From: a virus
Lineage: Duplodnaviria; Heunggongvirae; Uroviricota; Caudoviricetes
Length of the DNA stretch: 38,911 nucleotides
IMG/VR virus record: IMGVR_UViG_2799112923_000002
Span: 128,001-166,911 of that record
Direction: 5' to 3' (one strand)
Shown in pieces: positions 32,441-38,911 of the stretch (positions within the stretch are counted from its first letter, which is position 1; each line of letters starts with the position of its first letter). The notes beneath the pieces were generated by a model, which was given only the letters and a program-made list of their open reading frames with translations, searched no databases and was not told the origin of the DNA. A program made the translations under genes and the position numbers.

Positions 32441-34677
32441 TGTATTTCGTATTTACTTTTATTTGGAATAGCACCATGATGTAAAACACCGTTTTCATCT
32501 CGATACCATCCAAAATCGACTCATTGCGCAGATAAATCAACGGTCTTTGTTGGTTTTAAACCGTATAATTCTTCATCGCCAATCTCACAACATTCCATAG
32601 CTGCAATAATATCAAACTTTCGTTTGTTTGCATAAGAGTATTTAAGAAGTTCGTTGAGCATGTCTTTAAAATCTATTGTGTATCAATAGTCTTCTAAGAA
32701 TGCTGCAACTAATTCCAAGCCGTGTTTGATTACGGCTTCAGTTGCAGGAATACCTATTAACTTTTTAACAGCTCCCATTTTTTTAACTTTGGTTGACATA
32801 GCAAACTCTGGACGAGCCATTAATAAATCATCAGCTTTTCTTTCTTGTAAATATCTTTGAAAAGAGAATTTTGTGTATTCAAGCATTGCTTGACAATTAT
32901 ATCATACAAGAAGTTTATGTGCAGTTTCATAAGCAGCTCTAATTTGTCTAGGTCGTGCTTTATACATTGCAACATATTTTGGTTCATCCATTCCTCGTAT
33001 TCGTTTTTTAATAACAATACAGAAATCTGACACATCTGCATCTGTTGCAGAATCTTCAGAGCCTTGATCAATAGCATCTATACCAGCAACATAAAGATTT
33101 TTATAAGATGCTCCATCTGAAGTTGTCATTGGTGGTTCGACTATTAAAACGTCTCCATGAGGACTTTCAAAAGCATTTACTTTAGAATACATTTTATCAG
33201 AAGTTTTATCCCAAGTAAGAAGATACCGTTTAGGTTCTGTATAACCTTGATTAGACATTATTTGTGCCATTCTAGCTGCAACTAATTCAGCATCAAACAT
33301 GTTTTCTCCAGTTTTTGAAAGTGCTTCTTCTGGATTAAAACAATGTTCTGCACATTCGTCTAAATAATCTTGACCATGAAGTGTTTTACGATATTCTTCA
33401 TAATGTTTCTTAAATTCAGGATAATTTGTAACACCTCTTTTATCTAGATACTGACTAACTAAAGCAAACTTATGACACGGTAAAAAGAAGCACGTTAACT
33501 CTGGTTTACCATCAATAGTATCATAATTCTTATAAGGAAGTATTTTTCCTCCTTTTGGGTTTTTGAACATTGTGGCAAGGCCTTCTAAAGCCATATCATC
33601 ACCTCCAGTACCTAAGAATATTTTTGTACCGAAGTGTTTACCACCAAGTTCTACAAGAGCGTCTCCTTGAATTCAAGATTTGGATAAAACTGGATTAGAA
33701 CCAGCTTCTTCGTATACTAAACGGTCTGTACGATCACCTCTAATTTTTCCTGGCTTATCTGCAATAATAGAGTGAATTTCTGACATTCATCCAAATTCTA
33801 CACCGTCTTTTGTTTTCTTTGAAGCACGTTTTGTAGTAGCGTTATCTACAACTTGTCTTACATGTCGAAAACCATAGGCATTTACATTTAATCAGTTCAA
33901 TTGATACCAGCATTTAGCTCTTAAGGATCCAAGCTTTTCATCATCAAATGCTGTCAGAACAACGCGATATCCAGGATTAGAAGTATAAGGCCTTACAGAC
34001 ATTGCCGCTGTCATTTCAGACCAACCAACACCTCTAGCTTTTAAAGCACCTACATTTAATGCAAGCTTTTCTGCCATTTCAACATAATGGAATCATTCAT
34101 ATTGTTTGGATAAGAAACTTGGAAAATCATATTCACGACCTGTACCGGCTACTGCATCTTCGAGAACCGTTTGCATCCGATAATAGTTTAGAAAGTAATA
34201 ATGGTCGCCAGTAATTCTATATTTTCCAATTGTTAATCCGTTAACAATCCTATCCATTTCTCTATTTCAAAACTTTTTATTAGGAATAGTTCCATTTGGA
34301 AATTCTGTATATTTTCCTTTTGCTCGAAATGTTCTTGCTACTTCTGTAAAAAGTTCTGGATCAAAGTCTAAGCCTTGATCCATTGTAATAGGTCTATATC
34401 CTGTAATTTCATAAGACAATTCTGGATCAAAATACTTGATTTTTTCATCAATAGGTACATCTCATTCTGCATTTTTTCGTCTATGGTGAACTCATATCTG
34501 ATCTATAGGTTCGTCCGGAATAGAATCGTCCATTGATTCCAATTTCTTTTTCTTGTCTTCAAATAATTGTCTTATTAAACTTTCTTCATAATTCTCCGTA
34601 AATTTCGGCATTCTTTTACGCTTCTCTAACGGAGTTTCTAATTTTTTCTTATCACTCTTAGCCATATTATTCCTCAT
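32428..34677 (-). CDS. terL: Terminase large subunit (~749 aa)
   Basis: One frame with about 11 TGA. ITGDHYYFLNY, Walker A-like LKARGVGWSE, Walker B LVYEEAG, motif III GTGG, nuclease YVAGIDAID and C-terminal FDIIAAM. Confidence 0.95.
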
Positions 34678-34686
34678 TGTTTAGGA

Positions 34687-35259
34687 TTAATCAAATAATC
34701 CTAATTCAACATCTCCACGCAGTTTAGATTGTGCTGCAAGATCTGTTTTATGTTGCAATTCTAACTCTTGTAACTGAGTTCTCATTTTACTTATTTCTCC
34801 AATAGATGCAAGAACATCTTTTGCTTTATGAATTGGTTTACCTTCAATGTCAACTTCACTGAAATCAATATTATCCAAATAAACCTGAAATTTATAAAGT
34901 GTTCTATATGCAACTTTAATTGAAGTTAAGATGGGATCAGAATCCTGAAGTTCTTCATATTTCTGATAAGCTGCAGCAAAATCTGGGTCTTGAAGATCTT
35001 TCTCTGTAAGTCCTGAATCTGCCATAGCTTCTTCTTGCCTATCTTTTATTGGAGATTTAAAATAAGGGGATTTAAAATCGAGAACCAGGTAGATATATGT
35101 AAATTCTTTATAAGCTCTAAGTCTTTTCTCTCCGGTTTTGTCTTCTTTACATTTATTTCTATCTGGTTCTCAGAGTTTTGCAAATTCTTTAACTAATAAT
35201 ATGGTATAATCATCTATTTGAAGAGTGTTTGTCGCATTATCAAATATAAAGATTTGCAT
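34687..35259 (-). CDS. Conserved protein upstream of TerL, putative terminase small subunit (190 aa)
   Basis: MQIFIFDN...EFAKLWEPDR...AYKEFTYIYLVLDFKSPY. Extends ORF 34687..35025. Confidence 0.55.
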
Positions 35260-35267
35260 ATATTATC

Positions 35268-37328
35268 TTATTTAGTTTTATTCTTATAATAATTTCACCA
35301 TTTTTTAGCTCTCTCAAATCCATCAATATCATCTACATAATACGGTTTAGCATTAGTATCTCCACCAGGATAGCTATACGTTCTAGTTACGCTAAACTGT
35401 TCTGAATTTGGTCTTTTAGCCATTACAGTAAATGTTGAATCTTGTTTCGGTGTATCATTATGTCTAATATTTAAAGATATTGTACCTTTTGGAGAAGTTA
35501 TTAATTGGTTAACATTATCCTCAGTTTCAAACTTTATTGGATCGTTGTTTTTTTTAAAAAAGCCAGTTTGTTCTAAAGTTTTTCATTCTGGTTCTACTAC
35601 TACTTCTGGCAGTTCATATAAAGATTCCCCCTTCTGTGCTTTTTTAACTTTTCCTCCACATTTTAAAGTTTTAGATATATCCTTTCCAAGTTGTCCGCTT
35701 TGTTTACTTACTGGAACAGGTGTTTGAATGTTACGATATCCATTTATAATCGCTTCTGGTAACTCTGTACCTAAATATCCAAGAGTATAAGATGACTGTG
35801 GTTTTTTGTTACCTGTAACGGTAATTTCTGGTAACATGTTTCCTAAATAACCTAAAGTATGTGTTTCTGGTTTAGGACGATTACCTATTACTTGTACTTC
35901 TGGAAGTTCTGTTCCTAAGTAACCTAAAGTGTACGATTGTTGTGGTTTATGCCCAGTAATTTCAACTTCTGGTAACATATTTCCCAAATAACCAAGCGTA
36001 TAAGACTCTGGTTTAGAACGATTTCCAACAACCTCAACTTCAGGAAGCTGTGTACCCAAATAACCAAGAATATAGCTTTCAGGTTTAGCACGATGTCCAA
36101 CAACTTCTACCTCTGGAAGTTCAACTAAATTATTAGATCTTTGTCCAATAACAGTAACTCCTGGAAGTTCTACAGTATTAGATTTTTCAGCTAAATTAGT
36201 ACCATACGATTTACCTCTTCAATTAAAAGTTTTAGCACCTGATTTCCTACTTTGTGCGAAAGCTTGTGCAAAACTTAAATTGTCTAAAGGTTGTTCTTGA
36301 GTAGAAGCTATTGGTTGTGAAATTGGTTCTTGAACAGATACTTGAGTGGGAGTTTGTGATCTTAAATCACCTTCTTTAATAGGAGTAATATTTCCAAATG
36401 TAGATGCTGTTGGAACGTTTATACTTCTTTCTGCTGGAGTAATACCAGCTGCCATTTCTCTAGCTCTTTGTCTAGCTTCTTGTCCACGAAGGCCCATAGC
36501 TCTTGCAGCATTCATTGCATTAGCCATAGCAAATGAAAACTGTTCATTATTTTCAGACATTCCGTTTACTCTCGCTAGTTCTCTAGCTTGACGACGTGTA
36601 AGCCTAGTATCTACATCGTGTCCTGGAAGCGGAGTTAACTCTATATTACCACCTGATTGTTTAGCAGGAACATTAAATATACTTTGTCTAGCTTCTTCAT
36701 ATTCTGCAGCTTTTTCAGGAGTTATTCTTCTAGCAGCACCAAAATATTGAAAAGGTCTTGCAAAGATTCCAATTTCGTTTTCTAATTTTGGAGCTACAGA
36801 ATATTTAGGTGCAATTAAAGTTGTTCCATCAAATACTTGATAAGTTGGAGCATCTCCATTAGTAGGATGTACAGATCTAATTATTCCATTTTTAAATGGA
36901 TACCAATCAGTAGTATCTTTTTGTGTAATTATTCTACTAGCACGGTCTGATAATGTTTTACCACCATCATCTAATTTAATTCCTCCACATCCACAGTCAA
37001 CTCCACCACCTTTACCAAATTTTGTTACAAGTTGTTGTAGTTTTCCACCACATTTAAACATAGAGGGTTTAAAGATTTTTAATAATTCTTCTACAGCAGT
37101 AGATTTTGATTCTTCACTAGAAGAAGGATTGTTTATCGTGTTTGCATAATTAGATATTTGAGAAATCGTCTCTGGATTATCTTTTAAACTGTTAAGAACA
37201 TTAACAGCTTGTTCCATATCAATGCCTATTGCTTGAAGTGTATCTAAAAGATTTTCAGCGTTTTGTTCTCCTTCTATACGTTCTGCCTTTGTTAAACCCC
37301 CATTAGCAAATAATTGCATGTAATTCAT
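35268..37328 (-). CDS. Repeat-containing putative internal virion/cargo protein (686 aa)
   Basis: ORFs 36219..37328 and 35583..36059 in frame through TGA (SFAQAFAQSRKSGAKTFNWRGKSY). Multiple xxGG motifs. Tandem LPEV repeats. Confidence 0.7.
35735..36175 (-). repeat. Tandem ~23-24-aa coding repeats LPEVxVxG-x6/7-YTLGYLG
   Basis: Five full units plus partial flanking units, read directly from the translation. About 69-72-nt period. Confidence 0.9.
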
Positions 37329-37330
37329 TT

Positions 37331-37573
37331 TTAAACTTTTAAAAGATCTTTAGTAGAAAATAACTCTTCATGCATAACCTGATTTTTATCAAATCATCTA
37401 CATTTAATACCTAAGAATACATTTTCTATCTCGTTAGTTTCTTTATTTAATAAAGAGCGTGTACATTTTTCTATAACAAACATAATAGGTTTGTTTGGAA
37501 CATCGTGTTTAATTGTTACAATATCTCCAGGATTATAGAATACACGACCATCGTCATAATCATTATAAATCAT
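37331..37573 (-). CDS. YodC/DUF2158-like small beta-barrel protein (80 aa)
   Basis: FYNPGDIVTIKH..NKPIMFV...IKCRWFD...EELFSTKDL, where the W is TGA. Confidence 0.6.
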
Positions 37574-37576
37574 AAT

Positions 37577-37999
37577 TTAATCATTTTGTGTTCCTTTTGG
37601 AACGATTCGACATAATATATTTTGTTCATCAACTTCTCATAAGTTTTGCTTTCTAAATGGAACTGGTTTTAGAATATGTTTTACAACAAATACATCTTCT
37701 CCGACCTTCACATTTTTACAAAAAGGACCAACTGCGATCACTTTTGCACAAGCAATATATTCATCGTTTTCTTCAATTTCTCCACTTTCATTGGATTGAT
37801 ATTGTTGAGAACTCTGAACACCTATAATGAGACCTGATTCAGTTCTTTCAATTTTACGATAGGGATTTTCATCATAAGGTTGAACAACAACTCCTACATT
37901 GCAAGGAATTATATCAAAATCCCCAGTTTTAATTCCATCTAATTGTTTTTCAATAATTGTATCAGACATTAACTTATCTAAATAATCCATATTACCCAT
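37577..37999 (-). CDS. groES: GroES/Cpn10-like co-chaperonin (140 aa)
   Basis: IIPCNVGVVV, RTESGLII mobile-loop motif, AKVIAVGP...VKVGEDV. TGA read-through completes VDEQNILCRI. Confidence 0.75.
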
Positions 38000-38000
38000 A

Positions 38001-38219
38001 TTATCATTTTTTTAAAGAACAATGCTCATCAGGACTAGCAGTTTTTGCATGTAATTCACATCCACAATGTGAACATATATAACCACGTCCTAGTTTAATC
38101 TTATCATCACATTCCATACAAATTTGGAATCTTTCTCTCGATTGTTGTATATTTTTATGGAAGATAAAATTGTATCATCCTATAATAACTCTTCCTACTC
38201 AATTAATAAATCGTTTCAT
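38001..38219 (-). CDS. Cys-rich zinc-binding small protein, paralog 2 (72 aa)
   Basis: ERFQICMEC...CSHCGCELHAKT...HCSLKKW, ending TGA-TAA. Confidence 0.7.
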
Positions 38220-38434
38220 TATCATTTACTTACCACACAACGTGCACTAGGATCCTTTGTTTTCCATCTAAGTTTACATCCGCATCCTCTAATTCATCCG
38301 GATTTAGGAAGTCTTGAAACTTCTCCAGTTCTTGGATTCATTCATCTAGAACTATCACATATAGGCCCATAAGTGGAATCAATAGTCACCATCTTACATT
38401 TTTCACAAATTTTTAATCGTTCTTCACTTGTCAT
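38219..38434 (-). CDS. Cys-rich zinc-binding small protein, paralog 1 (71 aa)
   Basis: ERLKICEKC...C...GCGCKLRWKT...RCVVSKW, ending TGA-TAA. Confidence 0.7.
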
Positions 38435-38435
38435 A

Positions 38436-38911
38436 TTATCCTATTTTATATGGTTCTATTCTATCTAATTGTTCACGTATTTGAAGTTGATTTTTATAAT
38501 GCTTTATCATTCGTTCAACATCATTTTTACAATATTCCATTGGATATTCCGTTTGTTTACCAGATCTATCAATATGAATTATAGATAAACCTCTAATGTT
38601 AAGTTCTGGTTTTATTTGTTGTAATATCCAACAATATGTACTTAATTGAAGTTGATAATGTGCATAATTACAATCCATAAAGTTATTAAGAGGATATTTC
38701 ATACGTTGTACATCTTTTTTGTTTTTATCGTAGAAACTTCTTTTCTTAATTTCTTTATTAGTTTTTCAATCTAAACATCAAATATCATTTCCTTGTTTTA
38801 CAATTAAATCAGATTGTCCTGCAATTTTAAGTTTTCCATCTTCAGATGTTCAGGACATTAAAAATTCAGGATAAACTGCATTTGGAAGATCTAATTCAAA
38901 ATAATTTCTTG
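38436..38911 (-). CDS. PD-(D/E)XK (Cas4/RecB-like) nuclease, 5' end outside window
   Basis: PEFLM...IAGQSDLIV...CLDWKTN...HYQLQLSTY. The W of DWKT is TGA (38766-38768). Confidence 0.85.

Noticed and set aside
4904-33077. Alternative-frame minus ORFs (4904..5146, 5333..5515, 5693..5902, 13868..14158, 20469..20654, 23517..23762, 30017..30262, 32820..33077)
   Set aside because: They are nested in better-supported genes and have the Leu-rich composition typical of off-frame translation.
29931-34677. Introns or inteins in TerL, portal or MCP, as often seen in crAss-like phages
   Set aside because: Frames are continuous, lengths are ordinary, and no homing endonuclease or intein motifs were seen.
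35735-36175. CRISPR-like array (regular ~70-nt period, Cas4-like nuclease nearby)
   Set aside because: Repeats are degenerate at codon third positions and conserved as protein, so they are coding repeats. The nuclease is a typical stand-alone phage PD-(D/E)XK enzyme.
435-38372. All plus-strand ORFs in the track (e.g. 23549..24082, 18374..18793, 16189..16584)
   Set aside because: They are antisense shadows of minus-strand genes, with no recognisable motifs and no free space.
1-38911. Fragmented ORFs as pseudogenes, a decayed prophage or sequencing errors
   Set aside because: Every interruption checked is an in-frame TGA at a Trp-compatible site. There are no frameshifts or internal TAA/TAG.
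1-38911. Mollicute (code 4) or Gracilibacteria/SR1 (TGA=Gly) origin
   Set aside because: Gene content is crAss-like, promoters are Bacteroidota-type, and TGA pairs with TGG in paralogs, not with Gly codons.

Overview
AT-rich, single-strand (minus) late/structural gene block of a crAss-like (Crassvirales-type) phage, probably infecting Bacteroidota (TTTG-N19/20-TAnnTTTG promoters). The supplied ORF track is shattered because TGA is a Trp codon here (code-4-like). Paralogous repeats inside the window have TGG in one copy and TGA in the other, and reading TGA as W turns the fragments into full-length genes that tile the window, often through TAATG overlaps. All true stops are TAA or TAG. In transcription order (high to low coordinate): PD-(D/E)XK nuclease, two Cys-rich small proteins, GroES-like co-chaperonin, YodC-like protein, a 686-aa repeat protein with GG motifs and TonB-box-like repeats, putative TerS, TerL, portal, a ~14-kb mosaic fibre/adhesin region with two BspA-type LRR cassettes and a CBM5/12-like protein, a self-contained six-gene operon of unknown function ending in an HExxH peptidase, a membrane protein/HTH/spanin-like cluster, scaffold-like protein, major capsid protein, ring/auxiliary capsid proteins, two IHF-like proteins and the 5' part of the muzzle (tail stabilisation) gene. 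Coordinates were re-derived by hand with TGA=Trp. Family names come from motif recognition and gene order, not from database searches.
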